Positions 23,470-35,968 of a stretch of DNA of 64,000 nucleotides are shown here, piece after piece (the stretch's first letter is position 1; every line of letters begins with the position of its first letter). Under the pieces are notes generated by a model that was not told the origin of the DNA, did not search any database, and saw only the letters and a list, made by a program, of their open reading frames with translations. The DNA lies in contig NC_091995.1 in assembly GCF_044704955.1 (NCBI RefSeq), positions 15,500,001 through 15,564,000 of the forward strand, read 5' to 3'. The translations under genes and the position numbers were made by a program. The DNA comes from Pristiophorus japonicus. Lineage: Eukaryota.

Positions 23470-24447
23470 ACTAGGAACACAGGAACAGGAAGAGGCCATT
23501 CAACCACTCGAGTCTGTCCCGCCATTCAATTAGATCACGGTTGATCTGCGACCTAACTCGGCATACCCGCATTTGGCCCATATCCCATAATACCTTTGGT
23601 TAACAGAAAGCTATCAATCTCCGATATAAAATTAACAATTGATCAACCGTCATTTGCGAAACATAAGAACATAAGAAATAGGAGCAGGAGTAGGCCGCTT
23701 GGCCCCTCGATAAGTTCATAGCTGATCTGATTTTGGCCTCGACTCTACTTTCCTGCCTGCTCCCCATAACCCCCAACTCCCCTGTAGTTCAAAAATCTGT
23801 CTATCTCTGCCTTTAATATATTCAATGACCCAGCTTTCACAGCTCTCTGGGGTAGAGAATTCCAAAGATTCACGGCCCTCTGAGAGGAGAAATTCCTCTT
23901 CATCTTGGTTTTAAATGGCCGATCCCTTATTCTGAAAATGTGCCCCCTAGTTCTACATTCCCCCACGAGTGGAAACATCCTCTCTGCATCTACCCTGTCA
24001 AACCCCCTCAGATTCTAATACGTATCCATAAGATCAGTACTCAGTCTTCTGAACTCCAATGAGTATAGGCCAAACCTGCTCAAACTTTCCTCATTGGACA
24101 ACCCCCTCGTCTCAGGAATCAACCACGTGAACCTTTCTAAACTGCCTCCAATGCAAGTATAAGGAGACCAGAACGGTACGCAGTACTCCAGGTGTGGTCT
24201 CACCCATGCCCTGTACACTTGTAGCAGGATTTCCCTACTTTTAGACTCCATCCCCCGTGCAATAAAGGCCAACATTCCATTTGCCTTTCTAAGTTCCAAA
24301 CTTCTACCACCCTTTGTGTGTAGAGGTGTTTCCTGAAAGTTCTGTCTCGACATTTTAGACTATTCCCCCTAATCGTGGACTCCCCAACCAGCGGAAATAC
24401 TTTCTCTCTGTTCCTCTTAATGCCTTGAAAACGTCGATCAGATCAGA
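23470..24447 (-). mobile_element. nested CR1 3' fragments
   Basis: KANGMLAFIARG..RPHLEYCV; MFPLVGECRTRGH. Confidence 0.8.
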
Positions 24448-24513
24448 TACTAGAAAAGTATTGGTTCAATTCACCTGGGCCTTCAACAGGCAGCCCCTTA
24501 AACTAAGACTCAC

Positions 24514-24716
24514 CCTGAGCTGGACATCATTGAGTACACGGCAGGGTCGGAGCTGGCACAGCCTGGATTCCTGTTTTGATTGGCACCAGATGTTGTTGGT
24601 GCTCTGTCTGGTGGAAATACCCATGCCACAGGTCTGGGAACAGGTTGACCACGCCGTGTTCTTGATTCGGCAGCCAGAATCGCCCGAGTTTTGACTCTTG
24701 AATTGACCTCTCATCT
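24514..24716 (-). CDS. ccn1l: CCN1/CYR61-like gene, exon 4 (TSP1 domain)
   Basis: Acceptor tgctccag|AG, donor AGG|GTGAGT (phase 0); CRIKNTAWSTCSQTCGMGISTRQSTNNIWCQSKQESRLCQLRPC, WSxCSxTCGxG motif, 6 Cys. Confidence 0.95.
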
Positions 24717-24771
24717 CTGGAGCAGACAAAACACAAATCCATTCAAAATTATTAAATGCATGCACAGTATC

Positions 24772-24775
24772 CACA

Positions 24776-24835
<60 letters not shown>

Positions 24836-24843
24836 CACACACA
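24772..24843. repeat. (CA)n microsatellite
   Basis: About 35 CA units, just upstream of the exon 4 acceptor in gene sense. Confidence 0.95.
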
Positions 24844-27340
24844 GTTCAGAGAAGGTTCACTCGGTTGATTCCTGAGATGAAGGGTTGTCTTATGAAGAAA
24901 GGTTGAGCAGGTTGGGCCTACACTCATTGGAGTTTAGAAGAATGAGAGGTGATCTTTTTGAAACATACAGGCCCAGAAATTCCAGCCTCCCCGGGTCCGT
25001 ACGGAGTGTGTACGGGCCCGGGAAGGCATCGCAAAAGCCGGTTTTCAGCGCACAATGCGCATGCAGGCTCCAGCTTGACAGATCATCCGAATATCAGGAG
25101 CGAGGCCATTTGCACAGGCAAGATTGCAGTACTTACCCATATCTTGCCCAGCAAATGTCCTCAAAACTCTTGCGCCTGATAAAAGCAGGCGCATAGCCTA
25201 CTTTTACATGCGTAAGAGTTTTAAAGCACACTTAAAACATAAAAAATAAAATTAAAAATCACATTTTATTTTTAAAAACCCTGCCCATGACATTAAATTT
25301 ATTTTAAACCATAATTAAAAAATCTTTTTAAAAACTCGGAAAAATACATTTTCTCTAAGGTATTTATTAACTTTAATATCAATTAATTTTAATTATGTGA
25401 GGTGTGTTTTTAATTTTTTATTTGGTGTTATTGTGTTTGTTTTTTTTTTCTCAATTAATAGCAATGAGAACTCATAGCCATGGAGTTCCCATTGTTATTA
25501 ATTGAGAATACTGCACCTGATTGGTTGAGCAGTGACACGTGACTGCATCTTCTGTATGGGAACCTGGAGGACGGGAGTGCGCTTCGCAGTGCGGGAAGAG
25601 AAGGCCTCCCCGCCAGAATCGCAGGCTCCACCCGGACCACCAGGTACTTTCGGAAAAATTCTCTGGCTGGAGGCATTCGTCTGAAAGAAGCCTCCGACCG
25701 GAATTTCAGGGCCATAAGATTCTGAGGGGGCTCCACAGGGTAGATGCAGAGAGGATGTTTCCCCTCGTGGTAGAATCTAGAACTAGGGGGTATAGTTTCA
25801 GAATAAGGGGTCGCCCATTTAAAACGGAAATGAGGAGGAATTTGCTGGAGTTCTTCAAGGATGTAATGAACAGGGTGGATAAAGGGGAACCAGTGGATGT
25901 GGTGTATTTGGACTTCCAAAAGGCATTTGACCACGTGGCACATAAAAGGTTACTGCACAAGATAAAGGTTCACGGGGTTGGGGGTAATATATTAGCATGG
26001 ATAGAGGATTGGCTAACTAACAGAGAACAGAGAGTCGGGATAAATGGTTCATTCTCTGGTTGGCAGCCAGTAACTAGTGGGGTGCCGCAGGGATCAGTGC
26101 TGGGACCCCAACTATTTACAATCTATATTAACGATTTGGAAGAAGGGACCGAGTGTAACATGGCCAAGTTTGCTGACGATACAAAGATGGGAGGAAAAGC
26201 AATGTGTGAGGAGGACACAAAAAACCTGCAAAAGGACATAGACAGGCTAAGTGAGTGGGCAAACATTTGGCAGATGGAGTATAATGTTGGAAAGTGTGAG
26301 GTCATTCACTTTGGCAAAAAAAAAATCAAAGAGCAAGTTATTATTTAAATGGAGAAAGATTGCAAAGTGCCACAATACAGCGGGACCTGGAGGTACTTGT
26401 GCATGAAATACAAAAGGATAGTATGCAGGTACAGCAAGTGATCAGGAAGGCCAATGGTATCTTGGCCTTTATTGCAAAGAGGATGGAGTATAAAAGCAGG
26501 GAAGTCTTGCTACAGCTATATAAGCTATTGATGAGGCCACACCTGGAATACTGCGTGCAGTTTTGGTTTCCATATTTACGACAGGATATACTTGCTTTAG
26601 AGGCAGTTCTGAGAAGATTCATTAGGTTGATTCCAGGGATGATGGGATTGACTTATGAGGAACAGTTGAGGAGGTTGGGCCTCTACTCATTGCGAAGTCA
26701 GAAGAATGAGAGGTGATCTGATCGAAACGTATAAGATTATGAGAGGGCTTGACAGGGTGATGCAGAGAGGATGTTTCCACTGATGGAGGAGACTAGAACT
26801 AGAGGGCATAATCTTAGAATAAGGGGCCTCCCATTTAAAACAGAGATGAGGAGAAATTTCTTCTCTTAGAGGGTTGTAAATCTGTGGAATCTGTCAGAGA
26901 GCTGTGGAAGCTGGGGCATTGAATAAATTTAAGACAGAAATAGACAGTTTCTTAAACGGTAAGGAGTTATGGGGAGCGGGCAGGGAAGTGGAGCTGAGTC
27001 CATGATCAGATCAGCCATGATCTTGTTGATTGGTGGAGCAGGCTGAGGGGCTGTGTGGCCTACTCCTGTTCTTATTTTTTATGTTCTTATGTTCTTATGA
27101 ATTTCTTCTCTCAGAGGGTCGTGAATTTTTGGAATTCTCTACCCCAGAGAGCTGCGGAGGCTGGGTCATTGAATATATTTAAGGCGGAGATAGACAGATT
27201 TTTGAATGATAAAGGGGTCAAGGGTTATGGGGAGTGGGCACGAAAGTGGAGTTGAGGCCAAGATCAGATCAGCCGTGATCTTAGTGAATGGCGGAGCAGG
27301 CTCGAGGGGCCAATGGCCTATTCCTGCTCCTATATCTTAT
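24844..27340 (+). mobile_element. composite CR1 fragments (RT to 3' end)
   Basis: YLDFQKAFD, GVPQGSVLGP, FADD in ORF 25539-26348; several 3' tails; interrupted by a MITE. Confidence 0.85.
24970..25713. mobile_element. PIF/Harbinger-type MITE inserted in CR1
   Basis: TIR ggcccagaaattcc / ggaatttcagggcc (13/14); 3-bp flanks ACA/ATA; removal restores CR1 aaacatataagattctg; AT-rich core. Confidence 0.78.
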
Positions 27341-27349
27341 ACAGACATA

Positions 27350-27838
27350 TAACAACAACAACTTGTACTTATATAGCGCCTTTAACGCAGTGAAACATCC
27401 CAAGGCACCTCACAGGAGGATTATGAGACAAAAATTTGACAGCGAGCTACATAAGTAGAAATTAGCGCAGGTGTCCAAAAGCTGGGTCAAACCGATAAGT
27501 TTTAAGGATCATCTTGAAGAAGGAAAGAGAGTTGGAGAGGCAGAGAGGTTTAGGCAGAGAGTTCCAGAGCTTAGGACCGAGGCAACAGAAGGCACGCCAT
27601 CAATGGTTGAGTGATTATAATCAGGGATGCTCAAGAGGGCAGAATTAGAGGAGCGCAGACATTTCGAAGGGTTGTGGGGCTGGAGGAGACTACAGAGATA
27701 GGGAGGGGTGAGGCCATAGAGGGATTTGAAAATAAGGATGAGAATTTTGAAATCAAGGCATTGCTTAACCGGAATGCAATGTAGGTCAGCGAGCACAGGG
27801 GGTGATAGGTGAACGGGACTTGATGCGAGTTAGGACAC
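27350..27838 (-). mobile_element. L2 3' end
   Basis: LADLHCIPVKQCLDFKILILIFKS; (CAA)n tail. Confidence 0.82.
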
Positions 27839-28022
27839 ATGCAGGCACACTCGTATAGACACACACACACTCACACCAATGCATACTCTCACATGCGACA
27901 CAGGCACATTCACAAAAACAGTCCCACACACATACAACTACATGCTTTCCCTACACTCACACACATACACAGAAGTGCACACATATACTCACTCTCTCAC
28001 ACAAACACACATGCTCATACTT

Positions 28023-28480
28023 GTCAGCTGGGGCTCAGTGGGTAGCACACTCGCCTCTGAGTCAGAAGGTTGTGGGTTCATAATCCCACTCCAGGATCCT
28101 GAGCCCATAAATCAAGGCTGACACACCCAGTGCAGTGCTGAGGGAGTGCTGCACTGTTGGAGGTGCTGCCTTTCAGATGAGACGTTAAACTGAGGTCCTG
28201 TCTGCTTTCTCAGGTGAACGTAAAAGATTCCATGGCACTATTTTGAAGGCGGCCAGGGGAGTTTTTCCTGGCCAATATTTATCCCGCATTCAATATAACA
28301 AAAACAGATTATCTGGTCATTATTACATTCCTGTTTGTGGGAGCTTGCTGTGTGAAAATTGGCTGCCACGTTTCCAACATTAAAACAGTGACTACACTTC
28401 AAACAGTACTTCATTGGCTGTAAAGCGCTTTGAGATGTCTGGTGGTCATGAAAGGCGCTATATAAATCCAAGTCTTTCTT
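28023..28480 (+). mobile_element. DeuSINE inside a degenerate CA-rich tract (27838-28610)
   Basis: Full copy with tRNA A/B boxes. Confidence 0.82.
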
Positions 28481-28914
28481 TCTTTCACAATTTCACACAC
28501 ACGAAGAACACACACAGACATACACTTGCACACTCTATCATACACATACATTGCTGCACACTCATACGTATACACAAAAGCACGTCCACACTGTCCAGCT
28601 TCTTCTGCACACAATTTTCCGGCATGCTTCGTGTCAACATTGAAATTGCCTATGTAAACATTTAAGGGGTATTTTGGCCGAGCTCCACTGGTGGGTTTGA
28701 GCTGAATGTATATTTTACATTTTGCTCAATTTTACGCGCTATTGGCTTCAATGGGCAGGAAAATCAGGCAGGGTGTTTAACGTCAGCCCAACCTGAACCG
28801 TTCCCATGGGGGACGGGTGGAGAGTCAAGTGAGTGGGGGGGGGGGGGCTAAGGAGATGAAGTTATAATTAGCCCTTTAGAATGGAAATCCTGGATGTAAA
28901 CAGTTGCCTGTAAC

Positions 28915-29035
28915 CAATGTTGCCCGTAATTGTTTTGAGCCGTGCGGCCCATTCAAAAGTACCGCATGCGCGTTTTCTTTTTCTGCCTGGGACCCGTGGA
29001 TCGCCGTACGGCCATGCAGCTTAAGAGGAACATTG
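28915..29035. mobile_element. 121-bp hAT-type MITE
   Basis: TIR caatgttgcccgtaa / ttaagaggaacattg (12/15); perfect 8-bp TSD CCTGTAAC (28907-28914, 29036-29043). Confidence 0.8.
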
Positions 29036-29351
29036 CCTGTAACGAAGATTCCACAAAAAGGGAATTGGATGTATATTAGAAAAGGAATAATGCGCAGGGC
29101 TATGAGAAGGGAAAATGCGAGATGCATTGGGACTAATTGGACAGCTCTGTCAAAGAGCCAGCACAGGCACGATGGGCCGAATGGTATGATGTTAAGGTTT
29201 TTCTTGCATCCCACCTCAGACAGCGTGAGTGAGGTGCAATCTTCAGATATGACGGTCCTGAATTGTGAGGCCGGGGGGGGGGTAAGAAGTGTTTGACACG
29301 GAGGGGATATAGGGGAGTCCTTCCTGTTTTTCTTCGCACACCCCGACTTAC

Positions 29352-29663
29352 TGTGGAGTGCTTTCCAGTGCTTGGCCTCCTGACTTGCGGGCACGACCAT
29401 CTCCTTCCACTTGCTGATCCTTGGTGGCTTGTGCTTGGAGTATGTCGACGCGCACTTCCACTTCTGGCAGCACGTCCCGGGCACTTTGACGAACCGACCG
29501 CCAGCGCAGGCAGTGGACGGGACAGACAAAAACGAGGGGCAGAGAGGGGAGCAGGCAACTCTGCCATCCTTGCAGCTGCACTGGAGCCGACAGGTCTGCT
29601 GGAAGATCTCGCTGTGCTGGTAGACTTTGCCGTTCACAATACAAGGCCGCCCTAGGGTGCTGG
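29352..29663 (-). CDS. ccn1l: CCN1/CYR61-like gene, exon 3 (VWC domain + hinge)
   Basis: Acceptor cctcttgcag|CC, donor CA|GTAAGT (phase 1); GRPCIVNGKVYQHSEIFQQTCRLQCSCKDGRVACSPLCP...VKVPGTCCQKWKC, 10 Cys. Confidence 0.95.
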
Positions 29664-29849
29664 CTGCAAGAGGGAGGGAACAGTCAGTGAGGGGGAAATA
29701 GCCCATCGTTCGACAGCTCCAGAGAATTAGCACAGTGGGCAAGATTGAATTGACTACCTGTTATACGCTCCATCTGACTCTCCCTTTCTATTCAAGGCAA
29801 TAGAAAATTAGACGTGTTTGTATTTGTGTATGTATGCTCCAGCGATGTA

Positions 29850-30154
29850 CATAGGACCATAAGAAATAGGAGCAGGAGTAGGCCATTTGGCCCTTCAATC
29901 CTGCTCCGCCATTCAATTAGATCACGGCTGATCTGATCATGGACACTTCCCTGCCTGCTCCCCATAACCCTTGACTCCCCTGTAGTTCAAAAATCTGTCC
30001 ATCTTCACCTTAACTATCTTCAATGATCCAGCCTCCACAGCTCTCTGAGGCAGATAATGTCAAATGTTCACGATCCACTAAGAGAAGAAATTCCTCCTCA
30101 TTTCCATCTTAAATCGGAGACACTGTATTCTGCAACTATGCCCCCTAGTTCTAG
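29850..30154 (-). mobile_element. CR1 3' end
   Basis: 3' UTR and tail of the family seen at 23660 and 60598. Confidence 0.75.
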
Positions 30155-32580
30155 TGATGTGTTGGTGCCCCAGTGATGTGTCAATCCCATCGGTGCCCAG
30201 TGATCTATCAGTCCCTCGGTGCCCAGTGATGTGTCAGTCCCTCGGTGCCCACTGATGTGTCAGTCCCCTCGGTGCCCAGTGATGTATCAATCCCCTCGGT
30301 GCCCAGTAATGTGTCAATCCCCTCGGTGCCCAGTGATGTGTCAATCCCCTCGGTGCCCAGTGTTGTGTCAGTCCCCTCGGTGCCCAGTGATGTGTCAATC
30401 CCCTCGGTGCCCAGTGACGTGTCAATCCCCTCGGTGCCCAGTGTTGTGACAATCCCCTCAGTGCCCAGTGACGTTTCAATCCCTTCGGTGCCCAGTGTTG
30501 TGTCAGTCCCCTTGGTGCCCAGTGTTGTGTCAGTCCCCTCGGTGCCCAGTGATGTGTCAATCCCCTCGGTGCCCAGTGACGTGTCAATCCCCTCAGTGCC
30601 CAGTGTTGTGTCAGTCCCCTTGGTGCCCAGTGTTGTGTCAGTCCCCTCGGTGCCCAGTGTTGTGTCAGTCCCTCGGTGCCCAGTGATGTGTCAGTCCCCT
30701 TGGTGCCCAGTGTTGTGTCAGTCCCCTCGGTGCCCAGTGATGTGTCAATCCCCTCGGTGCCCAGTGACGTGTCAATCCCCTCAGTGCCCAGTGATGTGTC
30801 AGTCCCTCAGTGCCCAGTGATGTGTCAATCCCTCGGTGCCCAGTGATGTGTCAGTCCCTCGGTGCCCAGTGATGTGTCAATCCCCTCGGTACCCAGTGAT
30901 GTGTCAATCCCCTCGGTGCCCAGTGATGTGTCAGTCTCTCAGTGCCCAGTGATGTGTCAGTCACTCGGTACCCAGTGATGTGTCAATCCCCTCGGTGCCC
31001 AGTGTTGTGCCAGTCCCTCAGTGCCCAGTGATGTGTCAGTCCCTCGGTGCCCAGTGATGTGTCAATCCCTCAGTGCCCAGTGATGTGTCAGTCCCTCGGT
31101 GCCCAGTGATGTGTCAATCCCCTCGGTGCCCAGTGTTGTGTCAGTCCCTCGGTGCCCAGTGATGTGTCAGTCCCTCGGTGCCCAGTGATGTGTCAATCCC
31201 CTCGGTGCCCAGTGTTGTGTCAGTCCCCTCGGTGCCCAGTGATGTGTCAGTCCCTCGGTGGCCAGTAATGTGTCAATCCCTCGGTGCCCAGTGTTGTGTC
31301 AATCCCCTCGGTGCCCAGTGATGTGTCAATCCCCTCGGTGCACAGTGATGTGTCAATCCCCTCGGTGCACAGTAATGTGTCAATCCCCTCGGTGCCCAGT
31401 GTTGTGTCAGTCCCTCGGTGCCCAGTGATGTGTCAGTCCCCTTGGTGCCCAGTGATGTGTCAATCCCTCGGTGCCCAGTGTTGTGTCAATCCCCTCGGTG
31501 CCCAGTAATGTGTCAATCCCCTCGGGGCCCAGTGTTGTGTCAGTCCCTCGGTGCCCAGTGATGTGTCAGTCCCCTTGGTGCCCAGTGTTGTGTCAGTCCC
31601 CTCGGTGCCCAGTGATGTGTCAATCCCCTCGGTGCCCAGTGACGTGTCAATCCCCTCAGTGCCCAGTGATGTGTCAGTCCCTCAGTGCCCAGTGATGTGT
31701 CAATCCCTCGGTGCCCAGTGATGTGTCAGTCCCTCGGTGCCCAGTGATGTGTTAATCCCTTCGGTGCCCAGTGATGTGTCAGTCCCTCGGTGCCCAGTGA
31801 TGTGTCAGTCCCTCGGTGCCCAGTGATGTGTCAATCCGCTTGGTGCCCAGTGTTGTGCCAGTCCCTCAGTGCCCAGTGATGTGTCAGTCCCTCGGTGCCC
31901 AGTGATGTGTCAATCCCTCAGTGCCCAGTGATGTGTCAGTCCCTCGGTGCCCAGTGATGTGTCAATCCCCTCGGTGCACAGTGTTGTGTCAGTCCCCTCG
32001 GTGCCCAGTGACGTGTCAATCCCCTCGGTGCCCAGTGATGTATCAATCCCTTCAGTGCCCAGTGACGTGTCAGTCCCCTCGGTGCCCAGTGATGTGTCAG
32101 TCCCTCGGTGCCCAGTGACGTGTCAGTCCCCTCGGTGCCCAGTGATGTGTCAATCCCCTCACTGCCCAGTAATGTGTCAGTCCCCTCACTGCCCAGTAAT
32201 GTGTCAGTCCCCTCGGTGCCCAGTGACGTGTCAATCCCCTCACTGCCCAGTAATGTGTCAGTCCCCTCACTGCCCAGTAATGTGTCAGTCCCTCGGTGCC
32301 CAGTAATGTGTCAGTCCCTCGGTGCCCAGTGATGTGTCAGTCCCTCGGTGCCCAGTCATGTGTCAGTCCCTCGGTGCCCAGTGATGTGTCAATCCCCTCG
32401 GTGCCCAGTGACGTGTCAATCCCCTCGGTGCCCAGTGACGTGTCAATCCCCTCGGTGCCCAGTGATGTATCAATCCCATCGGTGCCCAGTGGTGTGTCAA
32501 TCCCCTCGGTGCCCATTGTTGAGTCAGTCCCCTCAGTGCCCAGTGTTGTGTCAGTCCTCTCGGTGCCCAGTGATGTGTTC
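30155..32580. repeat. 26-27-bp minisatellite (about 90 units) in CCN intron 2
   Basis: Unit gtgcccagtgatgtgtca(a/g)tccc(c)tcg. Confidence 0.97.
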
Positions 32581-32645
32581 AGTGAATGCCCTCACTGCCC
32601 AGCGGGGGCATGGAGCACCAACCCCTGGACACCATTGACCCTCAC

Positions 32646-32850
32646 CTCTGCAGATTCCATGGGTGGCGTTGGTCGTTGCCTCGAGTTGGCAGCGGAGCCC
32701 ACGGGCTTGGTCACAGGGTCGCAGTGCATTGCAGTCCTCATTAAACCGCCGGGCACAGACTCGGCAGCACCCGCAGTTGTCCAGAACCAAAGGCACTCCT
32801 GCAGAGCAAAGTTGGGACTTTGGGCAGTGACATTCCAGAGGACACGCAGT
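32646..32850 (-). CDS. ccn1l: CCN1/CYR61-like gene, exon 2 (IGFBP domain)
   Basis: Acceptor ttttcacag|ACT, donor AG|GTGAGG (phase 1); TACPLECHCP...DNCGCCRVCARRFNEDC...PCDQARGLRC...GICR, 12 Cys, GCGCCxxC-type motif; NEDC and GICRA..GRPC resemble CCN1. Confidence 0.95.
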
Positions 32851-33109
32851 CTGTGAAAAGGAGATGACATTATTGTTTATTCGGCAAATTGATTTTTCCA
32901 CCTCACTTTGCCTGATAAAGGAATTCTTGCATTTATACGGTGCTTTTCCTGCCCTCAGGACATCCTATGGTGCTGTACCATCAATAAAGTTCTTCTTGAA
33001 GCGTAGTCACTGTTGTAATGTAAAGGCAACAGACAATTTATTACCTGACACCAACACATGCATATCTTTTCCAGTAGCAATGTTATCTGATTTTCGACCC
33101 ACCCCCCTC

Positions 33110-34856
33110 CTCCCAGTTATTCTCTATAACTCACTCCCAGTCCGCGTTAATCTCTCTATAACTCAATCCCAGTCTGTGTTATTCTCTCTATAACTGACTC
33201 CCAGTCCGTGTTATTCTCTCTATAACTCACTCCCAGTCCGTGTTACTCTCTGTATAAATCAGACCCAGTCCATGTTATTCTCTCCATAACTCACTCCCAG
33301 TCCATGTTATTCTCTCTGTAACTGACTCCCAGTCCGTGTTATTCACTCTATAACTCACTCGCAGTCTGTGTTATTCTCGCTATAACTCACTCCCAGTCCG
33401 TGTTATTCTCTCCATATCTCACTCCCAGTCCGTGTTATTCTCTCGATAACTCACTCCCAGTCCGTGTTATTCTCTCTATAACTCACTCCCAGTCCATGTT
33501 ATTCTCTCTATAACTCACTCCCAGTCCGTGTTATTCTCTCTATAGCTTACTCCCAGTCCGTGTTATTCTCTCTATAACTCACTCCCAATCAGTGTTATTC
33601 TCTCTCTAACTCACTCCCAGGCCATTTTATTCTCTCTATAACTTACTCCCAGTCCGTGTTATTCTCTCTATAACTCACTCCCAGTCTGTGTTATTCTCTC
33701 TCTAACTCACTCCCAGGCCATTTTATTCTCTCTATAACTTGCTCCCAGTCCGTGTTATTCTCTCGATGACTCACTCCCAGTCCGTGTTATTCTCTCGATA
33801 ACTCGCTCCCAGTCCATGTTATTCTCTTTATAACTCATTCCCAGTCCATGTTATTCTCTCTATAACTCACTCCCAGTCCGTGTTATTCTCTCGGTAACTC
33901 ACTCCCAGTCCGTGTTATTCTCTCTAAAACTCACTCCCAGTCCGTGTTATTCTCTCTATAATTCACTCTATAACTCGCTCCCAGTCTGTGTTATTCTCTC
34001 TATAACTCACTCCCAGTCTGTGTTATTCTCTCTATAACTCACTCCCAGTCCGTGTTATTCCCTCTATAACTCACTCCCAGTCCGTGTTATTCTCTCTATA
34101 GCTCACTCTAAGTCTGTGTTATTCTCTCGATAACTCACTCCCAGTCCGTGTTATTCTCTCGACAACTCACTCAGATTCCATGTTATTCTCTCTATAACTC
34201 ACTCCCAGTCCATGTTATTCTCTCTATAACTCACTCCCAGTCTGTGTTATTCTCTCTATAACTCACTCACAGTCTGTGTTGTTCTCTCTATAACTCACTC
34301 CCAGTCCGTGTTATTCTCTCTGTAACTCACTCCCAGCCTATGTTATTCTCTCTATAACTCACACCCACTCCGTGTTATTCTCTCGATAACTCACTCCCAG
34401 TCCATGTTATTCTCTCGATAACTCACTCCCAGTCCGTGTTATTCTCTCTATAACTCACTCCCAGTCCGTGTTATTCTCTCTATAACTCACTCCCAGTCCG
34501 TGTTATTCTCTCGATAACTCACTCCCAGTCCATGTTATTCTCTCTCTAACTCACTCCTAGTCCATGTTATTCTCTCTATAACTCACTCTCATTCCGTGTT
34601 ATTCTTTCTATAACTCACTCCCAGTCCGTGTTATTCTCGCTATATCTCACTCTCACTCTGAGTTATTCTCTCTATAACTTACTCCCACTCTGTGTTATTC
34701 TCTCCATAACTCACTCCTGCTCTGTGTTATTCTCTCTATAACTCACTCCCAGTCCATGTTATTCTCTCTATAACTCACTCCCAGTCCGTGTTATTCTCTG
34801 AATAACTCACTCCCGCTCTGTGATATTCTCTCGATAGCTCACCCCAGTCCATGTTA
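33110..34856. repeat. 32-bp minisatellite (about 54 units) in CCN intron 1
   Basis: Unit ttattctctctataactcactcccagtccgtg; one more unit at about 35143-35175 beyond an inserted SINE. Confidence 0.97.
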
Positions 34857-34861
34857 TTTAT

Positions 34862-35142
34862 CCTTCGGATGAGACATTAAAGATCCCATGGCACTATTTC
34901 AAAGAATAGCAGGAGAGTTCTCCCGGTGTCCTGGGACCAAGATTTATCCCTCGATCAACATAACAAAAACAGTTTATCTGGACGTTATCACATTGCTGTT
35001 TGTGGGAGCTTGCTGTGTGCAAATTGGCTGCCGCATTTCACACAATACTACATGACTACACTTCAAAAGTATGTCATTGGCTGTAAAGTGCTTTGAGACT
35101 TCCGGTGGTTGTGAACAGTGCCATGTAAATCCAATTCTTCTT
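34862..35142 (+). mobile_element. 5'-truncated DeuSINE
   Basis: Deu domain and 3' tail. Confidence 0.78.
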
Positions 35143-35399
35143 TCTCTCTATAACTCACTCCCAGTCTGTGATATTTTCTTTATTTTTTTCTCAAAAATAT
35201 ACATTATTCATATAAAATTTTCACAATACATTGGAACGTAGTTCAGTACCTTGCGGTCTGCAATTCCATACAATTCGTTTGGATGCTGACAGCAGTTCCA
35301 TACTAGCGTACATTTCATTTCAAGGTACAGTTTAGTACAATCCGTAAATCACGTTACATGTAGTACTGTGCAAATAAGGTCACTCGCCCCCAGGTGTTA

Positions 35400-35905
35400 T
35401 CATAGATTTACACAGGATATACGACACAGAAGCAGGCTATTTGGCCCAAGCAGACCATGCTTTGGTGGAGGGGACCACGTTTATGGTCCACTCGAGTCTC
35501 CTCCTGTCTTTCCTCATCTAACTCTATCAACATAACCCTCTATTCCCTTCTCCCTCATATGCTTATCTAACCACCCCTTAAATGCCTCAACCACTCCCCG
35601 TGGTAGCGAGTTCCACATTCTCACCACACTTTAGGTAAAGAAGTTTCTTCTGAATTCCTGATTGGATTTCTTGGTGACTATTTTATATTGATGACCTCTA
35701 GTTACGCTTTCCTCCACAAGTGGAAATATTCTCTCTGTATCTACCCGATCAAAACTTTTCATAATTTTAAAGACATCTATTAGGTCACCTTAATCAGCCT
35801 TCTTTTTTCAGGCGAAAAGAAACCCAGCCTGTTCATCCTTTCCTGATATGTATACCCTCGCATTTCTGGCATCATGCTTGTAAATCTTCTCTGCACCCTC
35901 TCCCT
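35400..35905 (-). mobile_element. CR1 3' fragment
   Basis: ERVQRRFTSMMPEMRGYTYQERMNRLG. Confidence 0.8.
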
Positions 35906-35968
35906 ACATCCTTTGTTCATATCGTTCTGTTGCTGGTCGTTTAAAGAGACATGCAGGTTTTTTCTTAC

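Noticed and set aside
28876-29742. 288-aa ORF as a single-exon protein
   Set aside because: Only 29352-29663 is the VWC exon; the rest is intron read-through across repeats
30219-32856. Cys-rich (QSPRCPVMC)n and Pro/Ser/Val-rich ORFs
   Set aside because: Translations of the 27-bp minisatellite; frames break at each 26-bp unit; intronic
30155-34856. CRISPR-like arrays
   Set aside because: Contiguous tandem units without unique spacers, no cas genes, vertebrate intron
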